64,000 nt of DNA from an uncultured bacterium (GTDB lineage Bacteria; Pseudomonadota; Gammaproteobacteria; Burkholderiales; Burkholderiaceae_D): positions 2,457 through 66,456 of the forward strand of contig CBDDRJ010000015.1 of assembly GCA_965233055.1 (NCBI GenBank), given 5' to 3'. The notes under the pieces were generated by a model that made no database searches, was not told where the DNA came from, and was given only the letters and a program-made list of their open reading frames with translations. Position numbers and translations under genes: made by a program. This document shows positions 17,909 to 27,749 of the stretch, in pieces. The stretch's first letter is position 1; every line of letters starts with the position of its first letter.

Positions 17909-18889
17909 TCAAAAGCGCGCGGCCCACGACGCCAGCTGCTGCGGCGTCATCGGCGCGCCAGCCTCCTGCAGCGAACATTGCACGGCGCCGTCCTGCGCCA
18001 CCACGTCGAGGGTCCAGCCGCGCTTGCCCAGCCACACCAGGCAAGCCAGCCAGCCGGCGAACTGCGGCGACAAGGCCGCTTCGCTGCCGCTCTCGAAGTA
18101 CTCGGCCAGTACCCTGCTGTCGGCCAGCCTCAGCTGCGTCGCATTCGGCCGGCCCGCTCCCAACAGCGCCGCCAGCACGTCGAGCGCCGCCGCCGGTTCA
18201 CTGTACGGGTGCAAGCGTTCCATGCGCGCCAGCTGCTGCTGTACCGCTTCGCGCAGGCCGGCATTGCGCCACGCCTCGAACGCCACCAGGTCGGCATAGT
18301 CGTAGCCGCGCCAGTCCGGCGTGGCCGGCACCGCCGCGGCCGCCAGCGCGCCGCCGAGGCAGGCGTCGAGCGTCAATTGCTGCTCCGGCGCCGCCAGGCT
18401 GGCAAACACGGTCGACAGCGCCGCCACCCGGTTGGCCAGCAACTGCTGCTGGCCGACCTGCATTTTGTCGCGCAGCATGTGCGCATGCTCGCGCTTGAGC
18501 TGCGCCAGGCCCAGCGCCTGCTTGAGCTCCATGCGCAGGGCGACGATTTCCCACGGTTTCTGGATATAGCGGTGGATCTGCCCCTGGTTGACCGCTTCGA
18601 CCGTGTGTTCCAGTTCCGAGTAGGCGGTGGTCAGGATGCGCACCATGTCCGGATAGCGGTCGCGCGCATGGAACAGCAATTCATTGCCGTAGGCGCCCGG
18701 CATGCGCTGGTCCGACACCAGCACCGCGATGCGGTCGGCATTGGCGTCGAGCACGGCGCGCCCCTCGTCGACCGAGCCGGCCGTCAGCACCGGCGCCAGC
18801 GCGCCGATCGCCCGCTGGAAGTATTTGACGGCGGTCGCCTCGTCGTCGACGAACAGGATGGCGGGCGTTTCGGGATGGGCTTGGTTCAT
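17909..18889 (-). CDS. Receiver-domain protein with an uncharacterised C-terminal domain (PhcQ-like position)
   Basis: The receiver has ILFVDDEATAVKYF...LVSDQRMPGAYGNELL...ILTTAY...IQKPW. The C-terminal ~200 aa has no HTH. The gene overlaps the upstream gene by 4 nt. Confidence 0.7.
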   Translation of the reverse strand: MNQAHPETPAILFVDDEATAVKYFQRAIGALAPVLTAGSVDEGRAVLDANADRIAVLVSDQRMPGAYGNELLFHARDRYPDMVRILTTAYSELEHTVEAVNQGQIHRYIQKPWEIVALRMELKQALGLAQLKREHAHMLRDKMQVGQQQLLANRVAALSTVFASLAAPEQQLTLDACLGGALAAAAVPATPDWRGYDYADLVAFEAWRNAGLREAVQQQLARMERLHPYSEPAAALDVLAALLGAGRPNATQLRLADSRVLAEYFESGSEAALSPQFAGWLACLVWLGKRGWTLDVVAQDGAVQCSLQEAGAPMTPQQLASWAARF

Positions 18890-20028
18890 TGCGGTCTCTT
18901 TTCTAATGGAAAATTCAACGCCACCGTGGTGGACTGGCCCGGCACCGACTGCACGTCGATGTTGCCGCCAAACGATTGCATGATGCGCTGACAGAAAATC
19001 ATGCCCCAGCCGTTGCCGCCGCTGTCGGCGTGCATCGTCACCGGGTCGACCAGCAGGCGCTCGAGGATGGCCGGCTCGATGCCCGGCCCGTTGTCGCGGA
19101 TGCGGATGCGCGGCAGCCGGTCGACCAGCACGCTGAACTGCAGGCGGGCGTCGCCGCGGCCGGCCAGCGCGCGCAGGGAGTTCGACAGGATCGACGACAG
19201 CACCAGCGCCACGCAGTTGGGCAGCGCGCAGATGGCGAAGTCCTGCTGCACGTCGACCTCGATCAGGCTGCGCTGCGCCGGCGTCAATGGATAGGCGTCG
19301 AGCAGCGCGGCCACCAGCTGGCGCGCGCTGACCGGCGCGCTGGCGCGGCCCGGCCTGGGTGCCGAGTTGGCAAGGCGCACCGAGCCGGCAAAGCTGGCCA
19401 GCACCGACAGGCAGTAGCGCGCATTGTCGTGCATCAGGTCGGCCGCATCGCCGATCTCGGCCTGCAGCGTCGCCCCTTCGATCGCCCCCACCCGGCGCCC
19501 GATGCCGCGCGCGAAATTGGAGATGGTCGCCAGCGGCGTGTTCAGTTCATGGGCCAGAAAGGCGAGCGTCTCTTCGATCGCCGTCATGCTCTCGCGCCGC
19601 GCGCTGCGGGCACGGGCACGTTCGCTCGCTTCGAGCATCGTGTGGCGCACCATGTCGAGCTGCAGCGGTTTTTCGAGGATGCGGAAGATATCGCCGCAAT
19701 TGATGGTGTCGAGCAGCACGTCCTTGTCGGCATGGGCCGTCACCAGGATGCGCACGATATGCGGGTAATGCAGCGCGACATGGCGCAGCAGGTCGCTGCC
19801 GTGCCGGCGCGGCATCCGGTAGTCGGTCACCAGCACACCGATGTCGCAGGCCGACTGGGCCAGGATGGTCAGCGCCTCGTCGACATTGGCGGCCGTGACG
19901 ACGTCGTAGTCGCCTTCGAGCGCACGCGAAAAATACTTGCAGGCCAGCGCTTCGTCGTCGACGTACAGCACCGTGACGCGGGTGGCGCTGTCGCCATGGG
20001 CCAGCCTTGATGGCAGCGGCGCGTTCAT
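18886..20028 (-). CDS. Receiver fused to a HisKA/HATPase kinase core (PhcR-like architecture)
   Basis: The ATG at 20028 forms an ATGA overlap with the upstream stop. The receiver has VLYVDDEALACKYF...LVTDYRMP. The H-box is LAFLAHELNTPLATI and the ATPase region has DNGPGIEP...GNGWGMIFCQRIMQSFGG. Confidence 0.75.
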   Translation of the reverse strand: MNAPLPSRLAHGDSATRVTVLYVDDEALACKYFSRALEGDYDVVTAANVDEALTILAQSACDIGVLVTDYRMPRRHGSDLLRHVALHYPHIVRILVTAHADKDVLLDTINCGDIFRILEKPLQLDMVRHTMLEASERARARSARRESMTAIEETLAFLAHELNTPLATISNFARGIGRRVGAIEGATLQAEIGDAADLMHDNARYCLSVLASFAGSVRLANSAPRPGRASAPVSARQLVAALLDAYPLTPAQRSLIEVDVQQDFAICALPNCVALVLSSILSNSLRALAGRGDARLQFSVLVDRLPRIRIRDNGPGIEPAILERLLVDPVTMHADSGGNGWGMIFCQRIMQSFGGNIDVQSVPGQSTTVALNFPLEKRPQ

Positions 20029-21368
20029 TCGGCGCGCGCCAGGTCGAACACCATGCGGGTCCACTGGCCCGGCTCGCTCTCGGCAAAAAGGGTCCCGCCA
20101 TGGCGCTTGATCACGCCATAGCTGATCGACAGGCCCAGGCCCAGGCCCTGCCCCACTTCGCGCGTGGTGAAGAAGGGCTCGAACACGCGCGGCAAATGCT
20201 GCGGCAGGATGCCCTGGCCATTGTCCTGCACCGACACCTGCAGCCGGTCCTGCTCCCAGCCGGCGACGACGCGAATCGCCATGTCGCGCCGGCCGGCCTT
20301 GCGCATGGCCAGCACGGCATTGCTGAACAGGTTGATCAGGACACCGATGATGGCCGCCTCATCGCCCCGCACCAGCGTGTCGGCGGGCAGTTCGCGCTCG
20401 AGTTTGACGCCCTTGATTTCGTGGCCGACCAGGCGGATGGCCGCGCTGAGCGCCTTCTCGAACAGGAAGGGCGAGCCGTCGGACTCGTCGTCCGGCTTGC
20501 GGTAGGCAAAGGTCTTCAGGTCCGACACGATGTGCTGGACCCGCAGCATGCCCTGCTTGGCGTCGGACAGGCATTCGGCCAGCACCGGGCTGGCATTGGA
20601 GGCCGGTTCCTCGATCGCGATGTCGATCGCCATCATGCAGAAATTGACGGGGTTGTTGACCTCGTGCAGCAAGCCGGCCGCCAGCGTGCCGATCGCCGCC
20701 ATTTTTTCCTGCTGCAGCATCTGGCCCTTGATGGCAACCAGGTCGCGGTTGGTGGTCTCGAGCATGCGGTTCTTGTCGTCCAGTTCGGCCTTGAGCAGGT
20801 ATAACTGGTAGCGCGCGCGCTCATTGACGATATTGAATACCGTGCTGACCGCGATCGACATCAGCAGGAACAAGGTATTGACGATGAACACGCCAGGGGT
20901 GTCGATGCCGTTCGGGTGCAGGTTGCTGGCCAGCCCGTACAACAGGCAGGTGAACAGTCCAAAAACCAGGTTTTGCCACAGGCCGGACGCGAGCACGATG
21001 CCGGCGCCGTAGATGGCCAGCGTCAGGCCGACAAAATAGATCGAATGCGCCCCTTCGGTTGCGCTGATCATCCACACGATCATCACTTGCGGCAGCACCA
21101 GCCAGCCAAAGGTCAGCCACTCGATGCGCCGCTTGCCCCAGGCGGTCCAGCTGATCGCCATGACCAGCAGGATCAACAGCGAAACGGCCACCCGCGCCGA
21201 CAGGAACGGGGCGCGCTGGTGCGGGTACAGCGCCACGTCCAGTCCGACTCCGGCCAGCACCAGCGCCACCGCCGTCAATGCGCCGGCCCGGCTGAAGGTC
21301 AGCCGGAACTGGCGCAGGGCAATATCGTAGCCGGGCGACAGGCGCCGGTCGACCGCGGACGTGCTCAT
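20025..21368 (-). CDS. Polytopic membrane sensor histidine kinase (PhcS-like position)
   Basis: The N-terminal ~190 aa has about 5-6 TM helices. The H-box is LAAGLLHEVNNPVNF and the ATPase region has DNGQGILPQHLPRVFEPFFTTREVGQGLGLGLSISYG. Confidence 0.8.
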   Translation of the reverse strand: MSTSAVDRRLSPGYDIALRQFRLTFSRAGALTAVALVLAGVGLDVALYPHQRAPFLSARVAVSLLILLVMAISWTAWGKRRIEWLTFGWLVLPQVMIVWMISATEGAHSIYFVGLTLAIYGAGIVLASGLWQNLVFGLFTCLLYGLASNLHPNGIDTPGVFIVNTLFLLMSIAVSTVFNIVNERARYQLYLLKAELDDKNRMLETTNRDLVAIKGQMLQQEKMAAIGTLAAGLLHEVNNPVNFCMMAIDIAIEEPASNASPVLAECLSDAKQGMLRVQHIVSDLKTFAYRKPDDESDGSPFLFEKALSAAIRLVGHEIKGVKLERELPADTLVRGDEAAIIGVLINLFSNAVLAMRKAGRRDMAIRVVAGWEQDRLQVSVQDNGQGILPQHLPRVFEPFFTTREVGQGLGLGLSISYGVIKRHGGTLFAESEPGQWTRMVFDLARAE

Positions 21369-22831
21369 GGTAGCGTCGCTTGGGCGAACACATTGACGCC
21401 GGTGGCGTCGACAAAGATCCGGCGTGCGCCCGCCTGCGGCGGCAGCAATGCCTCGAGAGCGGCCTCGTCGCGATACACCAGGTGCCAGTCGAGCACGTGC
21501 TCCATGCCGTACCTGCCCGGATTATCGGAATGGACATTGGTGGCCAACAAGGTGCCACCCCGATGAAGACGCGCCGCAAATTGCAGCATCAGGCGCGCGC
21601 ACACCTTGTCCGACAGGTAGTCGAACAGGCCGGCGCAATAGACGGCGTCGAAGGCGGGCGCGCAATCGGTGGTGTCGGCGCGCCGCTTGAGCAGCGCATG
21701 GACCGAGTCGCGGGTATAGGTAATCGATACGGGCCGCCCCCGTTTGATGGTGATTTCCATCAGGCGCTGGCGCGTCCAGTCGAGCGCTTCTTCGCTGAAA
21801 TCGAGCAGCTCGAAGCTCAGCCATTCCGGCTCGGGATACGATTGCAGGAAGCGGGCGATTTCGGCGGCCGGGCCGCATGCCACGTTCAGTATGTGCATCG
21901 GGCGACCGCGCGCGCGCGCCGCATCGGCCAGTTGCCTGAGGAAGTCCGCCAGGATGTCGATGCGGTTGCGGTGGGCCACCACCACCGGCGCCTGCAGGAA
22001 GGCGGTATTGACGATCTGGAAGTAAGTGCTGGCCCCCTGACGCGGGTCGCCGAGGATCTGGTTGACCATCATGAAGTCGCCCGCATAGCCGAGCGGCTTG
22101 ATATACGCGCGGTAGACGAATGGCGCGCCCAGGATCAGCGGATTGAGGGTCGACTGGGCAAAAGCGCGGTGGGCCGGCGCGTTGTCGCCCTCGGCCTTTG
22201 CTGCAACCGTCTCGATTTGCTGCATGTGGTGGGAAATCTTCTCGACAAAGGGCGCGGCCAGCTCGTCGAAGTAGTCGGCGCGCAGCTTGCCGTCTTCCTT
22301 GGGCAATGCGTCCGACAGGTCGACCTGCTCGACCCAGCGCGACACGTCGGCCAGGAAGGCGCGCGTTTCGTTGATGACGATCTGGTAGTCGCGGTCGATG
22401 CGCGATCGTTCGTCCCATTCGCGCACGTACTGGTGGGCCTGCACGCCGACCGATCGCGGCACCGGCCGGTCGATCGACAGGTCGCTCCACTCGTCGATCA
22501 GCGACACCGACACCACCGCCGTCAGGCCGGTGTTGACCGAGTTGACCACGATGGCCTTGCCGTTATAGGCGTCTTTGGGACCGAGGCGCACCCTCAGTTC
22601 GCTCAGCACTTCGCTGACCTGGATGAAGAGATTCGGATTGTAGATCTCCATGACAAGAGACTTGCGCCGGAGATTGACGATCGTGCCCCGGATTGCCTCG
22701 CCGTGCGTGCTGCGGAAGCTGACGACGGGATCTATATGGGTAGGAGAATACAAAATAGGCGCTTTTCGATGCGTAAATCGACTCTGTTCGAGACCGTTGC
22801 TGCCATGGATAAGCACAGGCAGTATCCACAT
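21365..22831 (-). CDS. Two-domain protein with a C-terminal class I SAM-dependent methyltransferase (PhcB-like position)
   Basis: The C-terminal domain has ILNVACGPAAEIARFL (motif I), AVYCAGLFDYLSDKV and GGTLLATNV. The N-terminal ~290 aa is of unknown function. The exact start is uncertain. The gene has a 4-nt overlap with the kinase gene. Confidence 0.7.
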   Translation of the reverse strand: MWILPVLIHGSNGLEQSRFTHRKAPILYSPTHIDPVVSFRSTHGEAIRGTIVNLRRKSLVMEIYNPNLFIQVSEVLSELRVRLGPKDAYNGKAIVVNSVNTGLTAVVSVSLIDEWSDLSIDRPVPRSVGVQAHQYVREWDERSRIDRDYQIVINETRAFLADVSRWVEQVDLSDALPKEDGKLRADYFDELAAPFVEKISHHMQQIETVAAKAEGDNAPAHRAFAQSTLNPLILGAPFVYRAYIKPLGYAGDFMMVNQILGDPRQGASTYFQIVNTAFLQAPVVVAHRNRIDILADFLRQLADAARARGRPMHILNVACGPAAEIARFLQSYPEPEWLSFELLDFSEEALDWTRQRLMEITIKRGRPVSITYTRDSVHALLKRRADTTDCAPAFDAVYCAGLFDYLSDKVCARLMLQFAARLHRGGTLLATNVHSDNPGRYGMEHVLDWHLVYRDEAALEALLPPQAGARRIFVDATGVNVFAQATLP

Positions 22832-22934
22832 TCTGCAATATCGAAAAGCGCAAGATTGTGATTTCCGGTTGTTGGTTGATCTGCATCAAACTCAGCTGTG
22901 ACAGATTTCCTTTCCAAAAAAATTCAACATGACT

Positions 22935-24215
22935 CTAGCGCACCGGCGCCAGCCCCGCCGAGAAGCTGCCGGCATCGGAGTAGCGCGGCGTGATAACGAT
23001 CCGTCCGCGCACATCAATATAGCCCCAGCGCCCTTTGAGGCGCACGGCGGCCAGCCCGTCCGAAAACGGCTGCACCTGCTCGAACCGGGCCGCCACCGCC
23101 CAGCGCCCCTTGGTGTTGACGAAGCCCCACACGTCGCCCTTGCGGGCGGCCGCCAGCTCGCCGCGGAACGGACCCAGTTCATCGAAGGAGGCGGCAATCA
23201 CTGCACGACCTGAGCTATCCGGGAAATCGCAGCGCAGTGCCGGGTCGCCCTTGGCCATCGGCGCGCGGTAGGACGGCGCCACGGCGATCGGGCGCAGCTG
23301 CCCGCGCCGGTCTATGTTCTGCCACAGCCCGTCGAACCTGACGGCCGCAGCTTCGCCGGAAAACGCTTCGGCCCTTTCATACTTTCGGGGCAGCTTGAAC
23401 GCACCCTTGCGATCCACATAGCCCCAGCGCTGCACCTGCACCGCCGTCACCAGCGGACGCGCGCCATCGCGTTCGAGCTTTGCGACCAGCCGCCCGTGGT
23501 CGAACCAGTCGAGCGCCTGCAGCAGGGCCGGCGCGTCGGGTCCCTGCCAGTTGGCGCGCAAGGCCGCGTAGTGTTCGTCGAAGCCGCCCTGGCCGGCCGG
23601 GCGCACCGCCACCGGGGCCGGCGGCCACAGCGACTGCAGGCACTGGCCGCACATGGCCTGGGCCAGGGCGATCAGGCCCTGCCCTGCTTCGCGCGCCGTG
23701 TGCACCGTCAGGCGTTCGCCGTCGTAGCCATTCCACGGCAGCATATTGTCGCAGCGCGCGTCCGAACGCAGGCGCAGCGCCTTGCGACCGCGCAGCAGCA
23801 CGGTCAGCTCCAGCTGCAGGCTGCCGTTCATGGCCTCGGGCGCGTCGTCGCCGCAGCTGTGCAGCCCGAGCGCCGGCTGGCCGGCTGCCTGCCCTTGCGC
23901 CAGCTTGGCCAGCGTGCCGAACGCGGCGCCGACCGGCTCTGCCAGCGGACCCTGTTGCGACACCAGCGCATCGCCGTCGCGCCACAGCAGGTATTCGTCG
24001 TCGAAGCTGTCGCCGCTGGCGTCGCGCGCCGACACCGTCAGGCGCGCCGCCTGCAGCTCTGCCAGGTCGAACGGGAAGCGGGCAGCCGGCAGCGCCGCAT
24101 GAAAGGCTTGCCGCGCGCTGAAGGCTTCGCGCGTCAGGCCGGGTGCCGCGGGCGAGCCGGCCGTGGCGGCCATGGTGGCGCCAGCCAGCGCCAGTGCAAC
24201 CAGTAGCTTGACCAT
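22935..24215 (-). CDS. Secreted WG-repeat (KWG-type) protein
   Basis: The ATG at 24215 follows GGGGAGAG and the protein has signal peptide [17 protein letters not shown]. The C-terminal carries repeated units [30 protein letters not shown] and [10 protein letters not shown]. Confidence 0.7.
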   Translation of the reverse strand: MVKLLVALALAGATMAATAGSPAAPGLTREAFSARQAFHAALPAARFPFDLAELQAARLTVSARDASGDSFDDEYLLWRDGDALVSQQGPLAEPVGAAFGTLAKLAQGQAAGQPALGLHSCGDDAPEAMNGSLQLELTVLLRGRKALRLRSDARCDNMLPWNGYDGERLTVHTAREAGQGLIALAQAMCGQCLQSLWPPAPVAVRPAGQGGFDEHYAALRANWQGPDAPALLQALDWFDHGRLVAKLERDGARPLVTAVQVQRWGYVDRKGAFKLPRKYERAEAFSGEAAAVRFDGLWQNIDRRGQLRPIAVAPSYRAPMAKGDPALRCDFPDSSGRAVIAASFDELGPFRGELAAARKGDVWGFVNTKGRWAVAARFEQVQPFSDGLAAVRLKGRWGYIDVRGRIVITPRYSDAGSFSAGLAPVR

Positions 24216-24353
24216 CGAAACTCTCCCCAGGGCGGTGTCCAATGCGCCAGCGTAGGACGGAACGGGGCCATCGTCAATATCGAACAGTGTAATACCGGCG
24301 TCATATTGTCCTCCTATACTTTTCCCATGGGAAATTTATTGCAGGACAAAAAC

Positions 24354-26003
24354 ATGATCAAACTACCTCCACTGACCACCGGCCTGCGCGTCATCGCCTC
24401 GTTCGCCCTGATCCTCGGCCTGATGGCGGCCATGCATTCGATCGCGATCTGGCGCCTGAAAGCGGCCGACAATATCGCCACCGACCTGGTGGCCGACAAG
24501 CTGGCCAAGCAGCAGCTGAGCTCCGAACTGCTCGGCATGGTGCAGCTCAACGGGCTGCGGGCGATGTCGATCGCGCGCAGCGACAGCCTGGAAGTGTCCG
24601 AGCATTTCGGCGCCCAGCTGGCCGACGGCGATTTGCGCCAGAAGAGTCTGGAAACCCGCCTCGCCGGCATGCCGCTCGACGCGCGCGAACGGGCCCTGCT
24701 AGCGGCCATCAAGGAACAGCAGGCCCGCTTCACGGCGCTGCGCAGCGAAGTGTTCAAATTCAAGGACATGGGGCGCACCCAGGAAGTGACCAGCATGGTC
24801 GAGCAGCAGTTCGACCCGCTGTTCAAGGCCTACACCGACGGCCTCGAGCAGTTGCTGCAGTACCAGGGCAGCCAGGCGCGCGCGCTGGCGGCCGAATCGG
24901 GCAGGCAGTACCGGGCCAGCCTGGCGCTGCTGATGGTGATGGGCATCGGCGCGCTGTCGGCCGGCTGCGTGCTGGCCTGGCTGCTGACGCGCTCGATCGC
25001 CGTGCCGCTCAAGCAGGCCGTGGTGGTGGCCGAGCGGGTCGCCGCCGGCGACCTGCGCGCCGTGCCTCCGCTGGCGCGCGACGACGAGATTGGACAACTA
25101 TTCGTCGCCCTCTCGAGCATGACGGCGACCCTGGCCGGCACGGTGTCGAAGGTGCGGCTGGACGCGGCCGACATCGACCGCGCCGCGCGCGACATCGCCG
25201 ATGGCAATCTGGACCTGTCGCACCGCACTACCGACCAGGCGGCAGCGCTGGAAAAGACTGCGGCCTCGATGGTGGAGCTGACGGCGGCCGTGTCGATGAC
25301 CAGCGGCAGCGCACGCGATGCCACCGCACTGGCGCGCGCCGCGTCAGCGGTGGCAGAACGCGGCGGCCAGGACGTCGAGCGCGTGGTCGCCACCATGGAG
25401 GCGATCAGCCTGTTCGCCAGGAAGATCGTCGACATCACCGGCGTCATCGACGGCATCGCGTTCCAGACCAATATCCTGGCCCTGAACGCAGCAGTCGAGG
25501 CAGCGCGCGCCGGTGAACAGGGGCGTGGCTTTGCCGTCGTCGCCGGCGAAGTGCGCACGCTGGCGCAGCGCTCGGCCACCGCCGCGCAGGAGATCAAGAA
25601 GCTGATCGGCGATTCGGCCGAACAGATCAGCAATGGCAGCGCGCTGGCGCAGGCGGCCGGCTCGACCATGCACGAAGTGGTTGACAGCGTGCAGCGCCTG
25701 ACCGGCATCATGGCCTCAATCAGCCACGCCAGCGGCGAACAGGAAGCCGATATCGGCCACGCCAACCGCGCCATCCACGACATGGACGGCATGACCCAGC
25801 AAAACGCGGCACTGGTGCACCAGGCGGCGGCAGCGGCGCGCGCCATGCACCTAAATGCGTCCAGCCTGGCGCAGCTGGTGAGCCACTTCAAGGTCGAAGC
25901 GATACCGGCGCAACTGCCGCAACGTCGAGTGGGCCAATTCACTTCCCAACGCGTGGGTTCGGTGAAACCGAGCCCACCCTACAGCCTGCGGCGCGCCGCC
26001 TAG
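24354..26003 (+). CDS. Methyl-accepting chemotaxis protein
   Basis: It has an N-terminal TM, a four-helix-type ligand region and a second TM. HAMP is present (AERVAAGDL). The signalling tip is [36 protein letters not shown]. The last ~30 codons run into REP-like sequence. Confidence 0.85.
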   Translation: MIKLPPLTTGLRVIASFALILGLMAAMHSIAIWRLKAADNIATDLVADKLAKQQLSSELLGMVQLNGLRAMSIARSDSLEVSEHFGAQLADGDLRQKSLETRLAGMPLDARERALLAAIKEQQARFTALRSEVFKFKDMGRTQEVTSMVEQQFDPLFKAYTDGLEQLLQYQGSQARALAAESGRQYRASLALLMVMGIGALSAGCVLAWLLTRSIAVPLKQAVVVAERVAAGDLRAVPPLARDDEIGQLFVALSSMTATLAGTVSKVRLDAADIDRAARDIADGNLDLSHRTTDQAAALEKTAASMVELTAAVSMTSGSARDATALARAASAVAERGGQDVERVVATMEAISLFARKIVDITGVIDGIAFQTNILALNAAVEAARAGEQGRGFAVVAGEVRTLAQRSATAAQEIKKLIGDSAEQISNGSALAQAAGSTMHEVVDSVQRLTGIMASISHASGEQEADIGHANRAIHDMDGMTQQNAALVHQAAAAARAMHLNASSLAQLVSHFKVEAIPAQLPQRRVGQFTSQRVGSVKPSPPYSLRRAA

Positions 26004-26024
26004 GCAGCTCCCCGGATAGAAGAA

Positions 26025-26090
26025 AAGCAGGGGCGCGGCTTTGCCGTCGTCGCCGCCGAATTGCGCAGGCTGGCGCAGCGCTCGCGCCGC
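26025..26090 (+). pseudogene. Relic of an MCP signalling-tip segment
   Basis: It translates as [22 protein letters not shown]. It is nucleotide-similar to 25515-25575 ([21 protein letters not shown]) of the adjacent MCP. No flanking ORF is present. Confidence 0.55.
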
Positions 26091-26202
26091 CTGAGGCCAG
26101 CCTGTCCGGAATTGACAAGCGACTGTCGGAAAAAGAGGTGATCCGATCCGCACACATGGTCAATACTCCCAAGTTCTATAGCGAATAGCGGAGCACTCCA
26201 CC

Positions 26203-26682
26203 ATGATGATGTTTGAACAAATCGACACCGGCTGCATCGACGGCGAATCGACCCCCTGGATGCCGTTCGCGCCCTACAGCAACGATGTGATGATCAAGTA
26301 CTTCAAGATCGATCCGGTGCGCGGCGAAACCATCACTCTGCTCAAGGCGCCGGCCGGGGCAGAAATGCCAAAGCATCACCACACCGGCACAGTCATTGTC
26401 TACACCATTGAGGGCCAATGGAAGTACAAGGAGCACGACTGGGTCGCACGCGCCGGCAGCGTCGTCTACGAGACGGCATCGACCGCGCACACGCCCCAGG
26501 TGGTGAGCAAGACGGGCCACATCATGACCTTCAATATCGTCTGTGGTGAGCTGCTCTACCTCGACGACAAGGACAATATCATCGCCGTCGAAAACTGGAA
26601 AACATCGATGAAGCGTTACCTCGATTACTGCGCCGCCCAGGGCATCACGCCGCAGGACCTGTCCTCGTACAACGCCAAATAG
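26203..26682 (+). CDS. Cupin-fold protein, 2,4'-dihydroxyacetophenone-dioxygenase-like
   Basis: The protein is 159 aa. The cupin metal motif region is MPKHHHTGTVIVYTIEG...ETASTAHTP. Confidence 0.6.
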   Translation: MMMFEQIDTGCIDGESTPWMPFAPYSNDVMIKYFKIDPVRGETITLLKAPAGAEMPKHHHTGTVIVYTIEGQWKYKEHDWVARAGSVVYETASTAHTPQVVSKTGHIMTFNIVCGELLYLDDKDNIIAVENWKTSMKRYLDYCAAQGITPQDLSSYNAK

Positions 26683-26723
26683 GCCGACTTGGCAAGTGCC
26701 GGGCTGTATGCCATGATGGCGGG

Positions 26724-27746
26724 ATGGTCACCCGTCATATCCCGGCTCGCTATTTCCAGCTGCTGCGCGATGTCGTCCAAGAGAACGGCGTCAGCGCGGA
26801 CCTTTGGCTACGCCAGGCCGGCGTCAGCGAACAGGCGCTGACCGCCCGTGACAGCCTGCTGACCGCCAGCCAGGCCGACGCTCTCGCCGATGCCGCGCTG
26901 GCGCTGTGCGAGCGCAGCGATATCGCCTTTGAAATGGGGCGGCGCATCAAGACCAACTCTCATAGCCTGCTCGGTTACGGCCTGATCAGCTGCAATACGT
27001 TCGACGAATACATGCGCATGGCTCAGCGCCACTATCATCTGATGATAGAAACCTGGACCCTGCGCTACCGGCTGGTGCCCGGCGGCGCCGAAGCGACCTA
27101 CACGCCGACAGTGGCGATGAGCAGCGAGCTGCTGGCCTTCTACCTGGAAGTGCTGGCGCTGGCCCATCATAACCAGATGGTGCTGATGCTGGGCGAGCGC
27201 TTGCCGCCCTACGACATCTACCTGTCGATGAAGGCACCGCCGCATATCCAGCGCTACTACCAGCTTGGCCGCGCCCGTTTCCATTTCGACGAGGGAGAGC
27301 TGGCGGCCGTCAGGGTGGTGATGGACAGCGACATGCTGCGCCTGCCCCTCGCGATGGGCAATCCGGATGTGGCGCGCGATATCGACGAGCGCTGCAGCAA
27401 GCTGGCCCAGCGCCCGGCCCGCGGGGTCGACAACTGGATCGACTACGTCACCATGGTGCTGCAGGAATCGCAGGGCGGGCTGGTCACGCTCGATGACATC
27501 GCCAGGCGTGCCAATGTATCGGCCCGCACCATTGACCGCCACCTGAAACAGGAGGGGCAGCGCTTTCGCGAGCTGGCCGAAAAGATCCGCTTCGAGAAGG
27601 CCTGCGCCATGCTGGCCGCGCCCGGCACCAGGATCACCGATGTCGCCGAGCTGCTCGGCTTTAGCGACACCGCCAACTTCAGCCGTGCCTTCCAGCGCGT
27701 GATGGGCGTCTCGCCAAGCCAGTACCGGTCCCAGCTGACGGGCTAG
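26724..27746 (+). CDS. AraC-family transcriptional regulator (paralog 1 of 3)
   Basis: The N-terminal has IPARYFQLLRDVV. The C-terminal is a double HTH (ARRANVSARTIDRHLK...VAELLGFSDTANFSRAFQRVMGVSPSQYR). Confidence 0.85.
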   Translation: MVTRHIPARYFQLLRDVVQENGVSADLWLRQAGVSEQALTARDSLLTASQADALADAALALCERSDIAFEMGRRIKTNSHSLLGYGLISCNTFDEYMRMAQRHYHLMIETWTLRYRLVPGGAEATYTPTVAMSSELLAFYLEVLALAHHNQMVLMLGERLPPYDIYLSMKAPPHIQRYYQLGRARFHFDEGELAAVRVVMDSDMLRLPLAMGNPDVARDIDERCSKLAQRPARGVDNWIDYVTMVLQESQGGLVTLDDIARRANVSARTIDRHLKQEGQRFRELAEKIRFEKACAMLAAPGTRITDVAELLGFSDTANFSRAFQRVMGVSPSQYRSQLTG

Positions 27747-27749
27747 TGG

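Noticed and set aside
22560-22760. PilZ-like appearance of the N-terminal region of the PhcB-like protein (…AIRGTIVNLRRKSLVMEI…).
   Set aside because: The RxxxR and (D/N)xSxxG PilZ motifs are not both present. The resemblance is superficial.
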